From Nocardioides sp. (GTDB taxonomy: Bacteria; Actinomycetota; Actinomycetes; Propionibacteriales; Nocardioidaceae): a stretch of 64,000 bases of DNA. The translations under genes were made by a program, and so were the position numbers. The notes beneath the pieces are model-generated. The model saw only the letters and a program-made list of their open reading frames with translations. It searched no databases and was not told the origin of the DNA. Positions 49,955-63,354 of the stretch are shown here, piece after piece. Each line of letters begins with the position of its first letter. Positions within the stretch are counted from its first letter, which is position 1. The stretch is from positions 517,148-581,147 of the forward strand of contig JASGIN010000014.1 of NCBI GenBank assembly GCA_049841015.1. The letters are read 5' to 3'.

Positions 49955-51168
49955 GCGACGGCAGCGGCTACGACGACCCCCGGTCGAGCGACCCCGCCTC
50001 GCCTCCTGGGCTGGACGAGGAGCTCGACGCGCAGGAGGACGGCGAGGGCGGCTACGACCCGGCGTACCTCGGCGGCGCCCGCAAGCGGGAGCGTCGTCGC
50101 AGTGTGCCGGGGTGCCTGGCCGTCGTCGTGGCCCTGGTCGTCGTCGTGGGTGGTGCCCTCGTCGTCGGCACGAAGGGCTTCCACTACCTCAAGGACCACC
50201 TCTCCCACTCCGCCGACTACTCCGGCCACGGGCACGGCAAGGTGCTGTTCGAGGTCAAGGAGGGCGACTCGACCGCGACCATCGGGCGCAACCTGAAGAC
50301 CGCGGGCGTCGTGGCGTCGGTCGACGCGTTCATCAGCGCCAGCAACAACAAGAACACCATCCAGGTCGGCTACTACGACCTGAAGAAGAAGATGTCGGCA
50401 GCCGACGCCTTCAAGATCCTGAACAACCCGAAGAACATCGTGAAGGACACCGTCACCATCCCCGAGGGCCTGCGGGCCGTCGACATCGTGGCGATCCTGG
50501 CGGCCAAGACGAAGTACTCCGCCGCCGACTTCGACGACGCGCTGAAGCAGACTGCGGCGATCGGGCTCCCGTCGTACGCCAACGGCAATCCGGAGGGCTA
50601 CCTGTTCCCCTCGACGTACGGCTTCGGGCCCACCGAGAAGCCGGTCGACATGATCAAGGACATGGTCGACCGCTGGAAGCAGGCGGCGACCGACGACGGC
50701 CTGGTGAGCGGTGCGCAGAAGGTCGGCAAGACCCCCGCCGAGGTGATGACGATCGCGAGCCTGATCCAGGCGGAGGGCCGCGGCAGCGACATGCCGAAGA
50801 TCTCGCGGGTGATCTACAACCGCCTCGACGGTCCCGGCGACAAGGGCGGCACCAACGGGCTGCTCCAGATCGACGCGACGGTGAACTACGCCCTGCATCG
50901 CAAGGGCGTGGTGGCGGTGACCACCGAGGACACCCACGTCGACTCGCCGTACAACACCTACGCCAACCCGGGGCTGCCGCCAGGGCCGATCGACTCGCCC
51001 GGTGACGACGCCATCAAGGCGGCCCTGAACCCCGTGGCCGGACCCTGGTACTACTACCTGACGGTGAACCTGCGCACGGGCGAGACCAAGTTCGTCGAGA
51101 CGTACTCCGAGTTCCTGGGGCTCAAGGCCGAGCTGCGGCAGTACTGCACCACGTCGACCGCGTGCTGA
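49951..51168 (+). CDS. mltG: Endolytic transglycosylase MltG
   Basis: TM helix, [21 protein letters not shown] (catalytic Glu), LQIDAT, SPYNTY...GLPPGPI. Confidence 0.95.
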   Translation: MSDGSGYDDPRSSDPASPPGLDEELDAQEDGEGGYDPAYLGGARKRERRRSVPGCLAVVVALVVVVGGALVVGTKGFHYLKDHLSHSADYSGHGHGKVLFEVKEGDSTATIGRNLKTAGVVASVDAFISASNNKNTIQVGYYDLKKKMSAADAFKILNNPKNIVKDTVTIPEGLRAVDIVAILAAKTKYSAADFDDALKQTAAIGLPSYANGNPEGYLFPSTYGFGPTEKPVDMIKDMVDRWKQAATDDGLVSGAQKVGKTPAEVMTIASLIQAEGRGSDMPKISRVIYNRLDGPGDKGGTNGLLQIDATVNYALHRKGVVAVTTEDTHVDSPYNTYANPGLPPGPIDSPGDDAIKAALNPVAGPWYYYLTVNLRTGETKFVETYSEFLGLKAELRQYCTTSTAC

Positions 51169-51180
51169 GGAGGTCCGGAG

Positions 51181-52002
51181 GTGCGCTGCGCGGTCCTCGG
51201 TGACCCGGTCGGGCACTCGCTGTCGCCGGTGCTGCACCGCGCGGCCTACGACCAGCTCGGGCTGGACTGGACGTACGACGCGGTGCGCGTGCCCGCCGGA
51301 GCGCTGGCGGAGTACGTCGAGGGGCTGGGCGGCGAGTGGCGCGGGATGTCGCTCACCATGCCGCTCAAGCGCGAGGTGCTTCCCTTGCTCAGCACCGGCG
51401 ACGCCTGGACCCGGCTCGCCGGCGCTGCCAACACCCTGGTGCTGGACGAGGACGGCGCCCGGCGCGGGCTCAACACCGACGTGCCGGGCGCGCTGGCCGC
51501 GATCGGTGCAGCCACCTCCGGGCCGCTCTCGCGGGCTGTCGTCCTGGGCGGGGGAGCGACCGCCGCCTCGGTCGTCCTGGCTCTGGCCGAGCTCGGCGTC
51601 CGTGAGGTGACCTTCGTGGTCCGCGACCCCGCGCGCGCCGAGGAGACGGTCGCGGCCGTCGCCCGGCACCCACAGGCTCCGCGGGTGCAGGTGCGCGCCC
51701 TCGGAGACCTCGGCCAGGAGTCCGCCGACATCGTCGTCTCGACCGTTCCTGCGCAGTCTCAGTCGGCGTCCCTGCTCACCGCCCTGGCGGAGGTCCCGGT
51801 CGTCTTCGACGTCGTCTACGACCCGTGGCCGACACCGCTCGCGGCGGCCGCCCTGGTGGACGGCCGGACCGTGATCAGCGGCCTGGACCTGCTCGTCCAG
51901 CAGGCCGTGGGTCAGGTGCGCGCGATGACCGGGCGCGAGGACGACGTGCTCGACACGATGCGACGCGCGGGGGAGTCCGCCCTGGCCGATCGCCGTCGCT
52001 GA
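51181..52002 (+). CDS. aroE: Shikimate dehydrogenase
   Basis: GDPVGHSLSP, SLTMPLK, AANT, NTDVPG, LGGGATA, DVVY, GLDLLVQQA. Confidence 0.95.
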   Translation: MRCAVLGDPVGHSLSPVLHRAAYDQLGLDWTYDAVRVPAGALAEYVEGLGGEWRGMSLTMPLKREVLPLLSTGDAWTRLAGAANTLVLDEDGARRGLNTDVPGALAAIGAATSGPLSRAVVLGGGATAASVVLALAELGVREVTFVVRDPARAEETVAAVARHPQAPRVQVRALGDLGQESADIVVSTVPAQSQSASLLTALAEVPVVFDVVYDPWPTPLAAAALVDGRTVISGLDLLVQQAVGQVRAMTGREDDVLDTMRRAGESALADRRR

Positions 52003-52029
52003 GTCCCTGCCGTGCCCTAGGGTCCCCGC

Positions 52030-52812
52030 ATGGACTCGACCGCCCTGGCCGTCCTCGTCGGCGCCGTCGTGGCCGGGGCCGGCTCGGCGCTCGTGCCTCG
52101 GATCATCGCGGCGATCCCCGAGCCGGAGCCGCACCCGGAGCCGGAGCCGGACCCGGAGGCGGAGACCGCCGCGGCGACGGAGTCGGCGAGCGCCGCCCCG
52201 GTGCCGGCCCCGGTCGGCGACGAGCCGGTCGTGCCGCTGGCCGAGATCGCCGAGGCCCGCGGGCTCGCCTGGCGCTCCGCCGTCGCCGGTGCCGTCGCAG
52301 GTGGTCTGGCCGGCTACGGCACAGGCTGGCACTGGGCGTGGGCGATGTGGGTGCCGCTCGTCCCGGCGTACGTCGCGCTGGCGGTCGTCGACTGGCGCCG
52401 GCACCTGCTCCCGACGTACGTCATCGCGCGCCTGTACGTCGTCGTCATCCTGCTGGCGCTCGTCGGGTGGGCCGTCACCGGCGACACGAGGTCCGTGGTC
52501 CACGCCGGGCTGGGCTGGCTGGTCGCGGGCTTCCTGTACGGACTCCTGTGGTTCATCTATCCCCGCGGCCTCGGCTTCGGCGACGTCCGCCTCTCGGGCG
52601 TGCTCGGGATCGCCCTGGGCTGGCTGGGGTGGGGACCGCTGCTGATCGGCGTGTACGCCGGGTTCCTGATCGGCGGGGTCGGCGGCGGCCTGCTGTCGGC
52701 CCTGCGCGTCGTCAACCGCAAGGGGTTCCCCTTCGGCCCGTTCATGCTCATCGGCGCGCTGGTGGGCGTGCTGTGGGGCGAGGACCTGTGGTCGCGTCTC
52801 GTCGGGGGCTGA
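52030..52812 (+). CDS. Prepilin peptidase (A24 family)
   Basis: Catalytic Asp motifs VVDWRRHLLP and GFGDVRL, C-terminal PFGPFM. An acidic Pro-rich linker replaces the Zn-binding domain. Confidence 0.9.
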   Translation: MDSTALAVLVGAVVAGAGSALVPRIIAAIPEPEPHPEPEPDPEAETAAATESASAAPVPAPVGDEPVVPLAEIAEARGLAWRSAVAGAVAGGLAGYGTGWHWAWAMWVPLVPAYVALAVVDWRRHLLPTYVIARLYVVVILLALVGWAVTGDTRSVVHAGLGWLVAGFLYGLLWFIYPRGLGFGDVRLSGVLGIALGWLGWGPLLIGVYAGFLIGGVGGGLLSALRVVNRKGFPFGPFMLIGALVGVLWGEDLWSRLVGG

Positions 52813-52851
52813 CCGCGCGGGCCGCCGCGGCCCGCATGGAACACTGAGCGC

Positions 52852-54031
52852 ATGCTGCGCTGGCTGACTGCGGGGGAGTCCCACGGCCCGGCGCTGGTCG
52901 CCGTGCTGGAGGGGCTGCCGGCGCACGTCGAGATCACCTCCGACGACATCGCCGAGGCCCTGGCCCGCCGGCGCCTGGGTCGTGGCCGCGGTGCTCGGAT
53001 GAGGTTCGAGCAGGACGAGGTCAGCATCCTGGGCGGCGTCCGGCACGGGCGCGACGCCAGGGCGGCCCGGTGGCGATCCAGATCGCCAACACCGAGTGGC
53101 CCAAGTGGGAGAAGGTGATGGCCCCCGACCCGGTCGACCCGGTCGAGCTCGAGGGACTGGCGCGCAACGAGGCGCTGACCCGCCCGCGCCCGGGTCATGC
53201 CGACCTGGTCGGCATGCAGAAGTACGCCTTCGACGAGGCCCGGCCCGTGCTCGAGCGGGCCTCGGCCCGCGAGACCGCCGCCCGGGTCGCGCTGGGGCGG
53301 GTCGCGAGCGCGTTCCTGGAGCAGGCGACGGGGGCTCGGCTGGTCGCGCACGTGATCGAGCTCGGGGGAGTCCGCGCCCCGGCCGGCGTACTGCCCGTCG
53401 CGGACGACGTCGCTCGGCTGGACGCCGACGAGGTGCGCTGCCTCGACCCCGACACCAGCGCGGCCATGGTCGCGCGCATCGACGAGGCCCATCGCGACGG
53501 CGACACCCTCGGCGGCGTCGTCGAGGTGGTCGCGTACGGGCTGCCTCCGGGCCTCGGCTCCCACGTCCACTGGGACCGTCGCTCGACTCCCGGCTGGCCG
53601 GTGCCCTCATGGGGATCCAGGCCATCAAGGGCGTCGAGGTGGGTGACGGGTTCGAGCTGGCGGCCACCCCGGGCAGCCTCGCCCACGACGAGATCGTGCC
53701 CACGGACGAGGGGATCCGGCGCACGAGCGGGCGCTCGGGCGGCACCGAGGGCGGCATGTCGACGGGTGAGCCTCTGCGCGTCCGCGCGGCGATGAAGCCG
53801 ATCGCGACGGTGCCTCGTGCGCTGCGCACCGTCGACGTCGCCACCGGCGAGGCGGCGGTGGCCCACCATCAGCGCTCCGACGTGTGCGCCGTGCCGGCGG
53901 CGGGAGTCGTGGCGGAGGCCATGGTGGCGCTGGTGCTGGCCGACGCGGTGCTGGAGAAGTTCGGCGGTGACGCCGTGTCCGAGACTCGGCGCAACGTCCA
54001 GGGCTACCTCGACACGCTGAGATACCGGTGA
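52852..54031 (+). pseudogene. aroC: Chorismate synthase; at least two frameshifts as sequenced (about 53047-53060 and about 53581)
   Basis: [37 protein letters not shown], then [31 protein letters not shown], spread over three frames. Confidence 0.93.
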
Positions 54032-54038
54032 CCGGCGC

Positions 54039-55639
<1,601 letters not shown>

Positions 55640-55643
<4 letters not shown>

Positions 55644-56092
55644 GGGTGCTCGTGCTCAACGGACCCAACCTCGGCCGGCTCGGACGTCGCCAGCCCGAGA
55701 TCTACGGCTCCACGACCCACGCCGAGCTGGCCGCCCTGTGCGAGCAGTGGGGGCGCGAGGCGGGGCTCGAGGTGGAGGTCCGGCAGACCAACCACGAGGG
55801 TGAGCTCCTGGACTGGCTCAACCAGGCGGCCGACGACGCCACCCCGGTGGTCCTCAACGCGGGCGCGTGGACCCACTACTCCCTCGCGCTGTACGACGCC
55901 TGCGCCCAGCTCACCGCGACCCTGGTGGAGGTCCACCTCAGCGACCCGATGCAGCGCCCCGAGGAGTTCCGTCACCACTCGGTGGTCACCCCCCACGCCG
56001 CCGCGGTCATCAGCGGCCGCGGCGTCGACGGCTACCGCGACGCCCTCGCCTTGGTTGCTGATTCGGGTCGTCCGCCTGACGTGGTGCCATAG
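55640..56092 (+). CDS. aroQ: Type II 3-dehydroquinate dehydratase
   Basis: [46 protein letters not shown]. Confidence 0.96.
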
Positions 56093-56191
56093 CCCCACCT
56101 CCAGCGGACGACCCGATTTCTTGGAACCGGGGGGCCCGAGCGGCCGTCAGATCGGCACGTCACCGGTCTCGGCCCACGAGGGGAGCTCGTC

Positions 56192-57100
56192 GTGCATCGT
56201 TCAGTCACCGCCGCCCGAGGTGGGCCGGTCGCCCTCCTGCTCCTGCTCCTGGTCCTGCTCGCGACGGCCTGCTCCGCGCCGTCGAGCCAGAGCGCCACGC
56301 AGGACTCCGCAGGCAGCACGGCAGCCGGTGCCACCGGCGACTCGGCGCGGGCGCCGCTCGCCAACGCTGCGGTCGACAAGCTCGCGGTGCAGCAGACCGT
56401 CACCGAGCAGCGCGACGTCATCTCGACCGGACGCATCGAGCTGAGCAGCGGCGACGTGTCGGCGACCCGGACCCGTCTGGACGCCGCCCTCGCGCTCCTC
56501 GACGGTCGCGTCGCCGACGAGAACACGTCGACGAACGACCACGGCACCGTGACCAGCTCGCACCTGGTCATCCGGGTCCCGAGCTCCCGCTTCGACCGGG
56601 CGATGACCCAGCTGGCGGCCGCCGGCTCCCTGCGCAGCTCCTCGCGCAAGGCCGAGGACGTCACGACCCAGGTGATCGACCTCGGAGCCCGGATCGCAGC
56701 CGAGCGGGCCGGCGTACGCCGACTCCGGGTGCTGGTCACGCACACGGCCAACCTGCGGGCGCTCCTGGCCGTGGAGCGGGCCCTGACCCAGCGCCAGGGG
56801 GAGCTGGAGTCGCTGCGCCAGCAGCAGGCCTACCTCTCGGACCGCACCAGCCTGGCGACGATCACCGTCGACGTGACCCGCACGGTGGGCGTGGCGCCGG
56901 TACAGAGGACGACCGGCGGCTTCGTCGGAGGCCTGCGACACGGGTGGCACGCCTTCGTCACGGTGGTCGTCGGGCTCCTGGTGGGCGTGGGCGCGGCGCT
57001 TCCGTTCGTCGTCGCGATCGCTCTCCTGGGGCTGCCGTCGTGGCTCGTGGCTCGTCGGGTGCTGCGGACCAAGCGGCTGCGGGCGCCCGCGGAATCGTAG
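56192..57100 (+). CDS. DUF4349 domain lipoprotein
   Basis: Lipobox [23 protein letters not shown], coiled coil, ATITV, C-terminal TM. Confidence 0.85.
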   Translation: MHRSVTAARGGPVALLLLLLVLLATACSAPSSQSATQDSAGSTAAGATGDSARAPLANAAVDKLAVQQTVTEQRDVISTGRIELSSGDVSATRTRLDAALALLDGRVADENTSTNDHGTVTSSHLVIRVPSSRFDRAMTQLAAAGSLRSSSRKAEDVTTQVIDLGARIAAERAGVRRLRVLVTHTANLRALLAVERALTQRQGELESLRQQQAYLSDRTSLATITVDVTRTVGVAPVQRTTGGFVGGLRHGWHAFVTVVVGLLVGVGAALPFVVAIALLGLPSWLVARRVLRTKRLRAPAES

Positions 57101-57194
57101 GGTCCCCGCGCGCCGTACTACGAATCCGAGGTCGCCCGCCCGGACGTCCCCGGAGAGTGGGCTCGTCGATCCCCACCAGAAGAGGCACTCCCGC

Positions 57195-57758
57195 ATGGCC
57201 ACCACCAACGACCTCAAGAACGGCATGGTCCTCAACCTCGACGGCCAGCTCTGGCAGGTCATCTGGTTCCAGCACCACAAGCCCGGCAAGGGCGGCGCGG
57301 TCGTGCGGTCGAAGCTGAAGAACGTCGAGTCCGGCAAGACCGTCGACCGCACGTTCAACGCCGACGTGAAGGTCGACGTCGCCAGCGTCGACAAGCGCAC
57401 GATGCAGTACCTCTACAACGACGGCACGTCGTACGTCTTCATGGACACCGGGACCTACGACCAGCTCGAGATCGGGCCCGACATCGTCGGCGACGCCAAG
57501 AACTTCATGCTGGAGAACCAGGAGGCCATCGTCGCGAGCAACGACGGACGCGTCCTCTACATCGAGCTCCCGGCCTCGGTCGAGCTCGAGATCACCTACA
57601 CCGAGCCCGGCGTCGTCGGCGACAGCGCCACCGGCCGCACCAAGCCGGCCACGCTCGAGACCGGCCACGAGATCCAGGTGCCGCTGTTCATCACCCAGGG
57701 CGAGAAGGTCAAGGTCGACACCCGCGACTCGTCGTACCTCGGCCGCGTCAAGGCCTGA
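57195..57758 (+). CDS. efp: Elongation factor P
   Basis: [42 protein letters not shown]. Confidence 0.98.
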   Translation: MATTNDLKNGMVLNLDGQLWQVIWFQHHKPGKGGAVVRSKLKNVESGKTVDRTFNADVKVDVASVDKRTMQYLYNDGTSYVFMDTGTYDQLEIGPDIVGDAKNFMLENQEAIVASNDGRVLYIELPASVELEITYTEPGVVGDSATGRTKPATLETGHEIQVPLFITQGEKVKVDTRDSSYLGRVKA

Positions 57759-57768
57759 CCGGCTCGTC

Positions 57769-58179
57769 ATGCCCGCTCGGTCGAAGTCCCGCAAGCGCGC
57801 GCTCGACATCCTGTACGCCGCGGAGATGCGGGACCTGGACCCGGTCGAGGAGCTGAACGCCGCGATCGCCGCGGGCGACGGTCCGACCAACCCCTACACC
57901 GCCACGTTGGTGCGTGGAGTGAGCGAGCATCGGGCCCGCATCGACGAGGTCCTGTCGTCGTACTCCGAGGGCTGGACCCTGGAGCGGATGCCCGCTGTCG
58001 ACCGCACCGCCCTGCGGATCGGCGCGTACGAACTGCTCTTCGCCTCCGACGTGCCGCCTCCCGTCGCTGTCGCGGAGGCCATCGCGCTGGTTCGCGACCT
58101 CTCCACCGACGACTCGCCGACCTTCGTCAACGGGGTCCTCGGCAGCATGCTCCGCGACCGGGACTCCCTGGTCGGCTGA
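57769..58179 (+). CDS. nusB: Transcription antitermination factor NusB
   Basis: RSKSRKRAL, WTLERMPAVDRTALR, EAIALV, FVNGVL. Confidence 0.96.
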   Translation: MPARSKSRKRALDILYAAEMRDLDPVEELNAAIAAGDGPTNPYTATLVRGVSEHRARIDEVLSSYSEGWTLERMPAVDRTALRIGAYELLFASDVPPPVAVAEAIALVRDLSTDDSPTFVNGVLGSMLRDRDSLVG

Positions 58180-58238
58180 CCTGCCCGTCACCCCGAGGGG
58201 TGGTGGCCGCTGCGCCCGGCCTCTCTAGGGTCGGCGCC

Positions 58239-59057
58239 ATGGCGGGTGTGTCCGATCGGGCCGAGAACCTCGGACGACGTGCTGATCGCAGCTCGTGGAG
58301 CGACCACGCCGTGCGGCTGGGCATGGTTGCCTACGGGATCGTGCACCTGACCATCGCCTGGCTGGGGATCCAGCTCGCTCTGGGCGACCACAGCGGCGCG
58401 GCGTCACGCAACGGCGCCTTGCACCAGCTGGCCCAGCAGCCCTTCGGACGGGTGGTCGTCTGGGTCGTCGCGGTGGGGATGTTCGCCCTGGTCGCCTGGA
58501 AGCTCCTCGAGGCGTTCGTCGACTTCGGCGAGGCGGACGGCGCGAAGAAGGCGCTGGCGCCCCTGACGGACGTCGGCAAGGCCGTCGTCTACGGCACGCT
58601 CGGCGTCAGTGCCGTCCACGTCGCCCTCGGGTCCGGCTCGAAGAGCAAGACCTCGGACTACACCGCGACCCTCATGGAGCAGCCGTTCGGTCGCTGGCTG
58701 GTCGGGCTCCTCGGCCTGGCGATCATCGGGTACGGCGGCTACCTCTGCTACCGCGGCTGGACCGAGAAGTTCCTCGAGCACCTCGACCCCGAAGCGCACA
58801 GCGGCAATGCCGGCACGGCCTACCGGCTCTTCGGCAAGGCGGGGTACGTCGCCAAGGGCGTCGCGATCGGCGTGGTCGGCGTGCTGTTCTGCTGGGCCGC
58901 GATCGACCACAGCGCGAAGAAGTCGGGCGGCCTCGACCAGGCGCTGCACCGGGTGCTGCAGCAGCCCTTCGGTCCGGTCCTGCTGTTCGTGATCTCGCTC
59001 GGGATCGGCTGCTACGGCCTGTTCTGCTTCGCCCGAGCCCGCCACGTGTCCACCTGA
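58239..59057 (+). CDS. DUF1206 domain membrane protein
   Basis: RLGMVAYGIVH, GALHQLAQQPFG, GLDQALH...QPFG, YGLFCFARAR repeats. Confidence 0.88.
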   Translation: MAGVSDRAENLGRRADRSSWSDHAVRLGMVAYGIVHLTIAWLGIQLALGDHSGAASRNGALHQLAQQPFGRVVVWVVAVGMFALVAWKLLEAFVDFGEADGAKKALAPLTDVGKAVVYGTLGVSAVHVALGSGSKSKTSDYTATLMEQPFGRWLVGLLGLAIIGYGGYLCYRGWTEKFLEHLDPEAHSGNAGTAYRLFGKAGYVAKGVAIGVVGVLFCWAAIDHSAKKSGGLDQALHRVLQQPFGPVLLFVISLGIGCYGLFCFARARHVST

Positions 59058-59091
59058 CGGCGCGGCGTCCCGACGTCCCGGCATCCTCCGA

Positions 59092-59150
59092 GAAAACGCG
59101 GACGAAACCGGCGACACGCGCGGCCGGGGAGGCAATTCGTCCGCGTTTTC
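59092..59150. repeat. Palindromic intergenic element of a second sequence family
   Basis: gaaaacgcggacgaa / ttcgtccgcgttttc perfect 15-bp arms around a 29-nt spacer. Confidence 0.8.
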
Positions 59151-59198
59151 CGGGCCGAGGGGCCCGGCGCCCATGGCGGTACGTGCGAGGGTGGGCCC

Positions 59199-60569
59199 AT
59201 GGCGGAGCAGAGCACGGAGTACGACGTCGTCGTGGTGGGCCTCGGCCCCGGCGGGGAGCACGTCGCCATCAAGCTGTCCGAGGCGGGGCTGCGGGTGCTC
59301 GGGGTGGAGGAGCGGCTCGTCGGCGGTGAGTGCCCCTACTTCGGGTGCGTGCCGTCGAAGATGATGATCGCCGCCGCGCACACCCTGCGTGAGGCCCATC
59401 GCGTCAACGAGCTGGCGGGCAGCTCGACCGTCTCCCCGGACTGGACGCCCGTGCACGTGCGCATCCGCGACGAGGCCACCGACAACTGGGACGACACGGT
59501 CGCGGTGAAGCGGCTGGAGGACGCCGGCGCGACGTTCGTGCGGGGCCGTGGCGTGCTGACCGGCGACGGGGGAGTCGAGGTGGGCGGCACGACGTACACC
59601 GCGACCCGGGGGATCGTGATCAACACCGGCACGGCACCCTCCGCGCCACCGATCCCGGGACTGGCGGACACGCCGTTCTGGACCAACCGCGAGGCCGTCA
59701 AGCTGGAGGAGCTCCCGGCGTCGCTGATCGTGATCGGGGGTGGCGCGATCGGGTGCGAGCTGGCCCAGGTGATGGCGCTGTTCGGGGTGCGGGTCACGCT
59801 GGTCGAGGTGGCCGACCGGCTCATCGCCCTCGAGGAGCCGGAGGCCAGCACCGCGCTGGAGAAGGCGTTCGCGGAGACCGGGATCCAGGTGCTCACCGGG
59901 GCGACGATCGACTCTGTGTCGTACGCCGAGGGGCAGTTCACGGTCGCGCTCGCGGAACAGCAGCTGACCGCCGACAAGCTGCTCGTGGCCGCCGGACGCC
60001 GGAACAACCTGCAGGGCCTCGGGCTGGAGAACGTCGGCCTCGACCCCGACTCGCGGGTGCTCGACCCTGACGAGCGGATGCGGGTGGCCGACGGCGTGTG
60101 GGCCATCGGCGACATCGTCGGGAAGGGGGCCTTCACCCATGTCTCGATGTACCAGGGCGCGGTCGTGGTCAACGACCTCCTCGGACGAGACGGCCCGTGG
60201 GCCGACTACCGCGCGGTCTCCCGGGTGACTTTCACCGCGCCCGAGGTGGCCTCGGTCGGACTGTCCGAGAAGGCCGCGCGCGACGCCGGTCTGGACGTCA
60301 TCGTCGCGACCGGCGACCTGGGCGGCCGGGGCTGGATGGCCCGCGAGGAGGGCGTGATCAAGCTCGTGCTCGACCGCTCTCGGGAGGTCCTCGTCGGCGG
60401 CGTCGTGGTGGGCGTCAACGGTGGCGAGATCATGTCGATGCTCGAGCTCGCGGTGCACGCCGAGGTCCCGCTCCCGACGCTGCTGCACCAGCACTTCGCC
60501 TACCCGACGTACCACCGCGCCTACGAGACGGTCCTCAAGGACCTGGCCGAGCAGCTCGGAGGGCACTGA
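59199..60569 (+). CDS. Pyridine nucleotide-disulfide oxidoreductase (dihydrolipoamide dehydrogenase-like)
   Basis: GLGPGG, redox motif GGECPYFGCVPSK, GGGAIG, AIGD, FTAPEVASVG. YPT in place of HPT. Confidence 0.9.
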   Translation: MAEQSTEYDVVVVGLGPGGEHVAIKLSEAGLRVLGVEERLVGGECPYFGCVPSKMMIAAAHTLREAHRVNELAGSSTVSPDWTPVHVRIRDEATDNWDDTVAVKRLEDAGATFVRGRGVLTGDGGVEVGGTTYTATRGIVINTGTAPSAPPIPGLADTPFWTNREAVKLEELPASLIVIGGGAIGCELAQVMALFGVRVTLVEVADRLIALEEPEASTALEKAFAETGIQVLTGATIDSVSYAEGQFTVALAEQQLTADKLLVAAGRRNNLQGLGLENVGLDPDSRVLDPDERMRVADGVWAIGDIVGKGAFTHVSMYQGAVVVNDLLGRDGPWADYRAVSRVTFTAPEVASVGLSEKAARDAGLDVIVATGDLGGRGWMAREEGVIKLVLDRSREVLVGGVVVGVNGGEIMSMLELAVHAEVPLPTLLHQHFAYPTYHRAYETVLKDLAEQLGGH

Positions 60570-60571
60570 TC

Positions 60572-61680
60572 GTGGGCGGGGCCGGCCGCGCGGCGGCGGC
60601 GCTGGTCTCACTGACGGTCTGTGCGGTGGTCCTCGGACCGGCACCGGCCACGGGACGCTCGGCCCCCGAGCGAGCCCGTGGAGTGGCGCTGAAGATCGTG
60701 GCCCACGGCCTGCACGGTCCGCGCGACATCGCCTTCGGCCCGCACGGCGTGATGTACGTCGCCGAGGCCGGGCAGGGCGGCACGGGCACCTGCGTCGCCG
60801 GTGGTGACGGACCCTCGTGCTTCGGGTGGACCGGGTCCGTGATGCGGGTGCGCAAGGGGAAGCAGCACCGGGTGCTCAGCGGCCTCGCGTCGCTCAGCGA
60901 CCAGGGCACGCACGCCTCGCCGATCGGACCGTCGGGCCTCGCGGTCGTGGGTGGGCACACGCTGGTGCTGACGTCGGGCCTCGGCGCCGCGCCGAAGGCG
61001 CGCGGGAAGCTCAAGCCACGCGCGCAGCGGCAGCTGGGTCACCTGCTGTCGGTGGACCTCAGGACGAGGAAGGTCATGTCCGTGGCCGACCTCGCGGCGT
61101 ACGAGCGGAAGAAGAACCCGGTCGACGGTCCCGACAGCGACCCGGCCGGACTGGTCAAGCGCGCCCACGGCTCCTGGCTGGTCGCCGACGCGGGGGGCAA
61201 CGACCTGGTCTCCACGCAGGGACGCAAGGTCCGCACGGTCGCCAGGCTCCACGACCGCAAGGCGGCCGGGAGGCGCTACGAGTCGGTGCCGACCGACGTC
61301 GTGCGTGGGCCGGACGGCGCGTTCTACGTCAGCGAGCTGACCGGGTACCCCTACCCGCGCCATGCCGCGCGCATCTGGCGGGTGGTCCCCGGCCACAAGC
61401 CGAAGGTCTGGGCGACGGGGCTCACCAACGTGACCGGTCTGGCCTGGGCCGGCAAGCGGCTGTACGCCGTGCAGATCGCCGACCGCGGCCTCGCGAACGC
61501 CGGCAGCCCGCTCGGCTCGCTGCGACGGGTGTTCCCGAAGTCGTCCGGCAAGGCCTCGGTCGCGGTCGCCACGAACCTGTTCGCGCCGTACGGCGTTGCC
61601 ATCCACGCCGGTGCGGCTACGTGTCGACGGGTGCGGTGGCCTCCACCGACGGCACGGTGGTGAAGATCCCGCTCCGCTGA
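60572..61680 (+). CDS. ScyD/ScyE family beta-propeller protein, probably secreted; -1 frameshift near 61617 as sequenced
   Basis: GLHGPRDIAFG, YVAEAG, VADAGGNDL, VPTDVVRGPDGAFYVSELTG, GLTNVTGLA. The C-terminus YVST...GTVVKI is in another frame. Confidence 0.75.
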
Positions 61681-61729
61681 CGCCTGCCGGGCCGTGTCCG
61701 GCACCCGCACCCGGTCCGGCAACTGCTAG

Positions 61730-63350
<1,621 letters not shown>

Positions 63351-63354
<4 letters not shown>

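Noticed and set aside
52110-52170. Short tandem ccggag repeats
   Set aside because: They encode the PEPEPHPEPEPDPE linker of the peptidase; low-complexity coding sequence.
52030-52812. Prepilin peptidase as part of the 17.7-21.2 kb fibre system
   Set aside because: It occupies the usual actinobacterial aroE-aroC position. The fibre subunits have SipW-type, not class III (G/F-x4-E), signal peptides.
46633-53844. 2403-aa minus-strand ORF that could be taken for a giant protein
   Set aside because: Antisense shadow of alaS-aroC caused by high GC3 on the plus strand. No domain motifs; it fully overlaps well-supported genes.
56106-56161. Imperfect GACG...CGTC inverted repeat after aroQ
   Set aside because: Arms are too degenerate to separate from chance in high-GC DNA, and I found no second copy.
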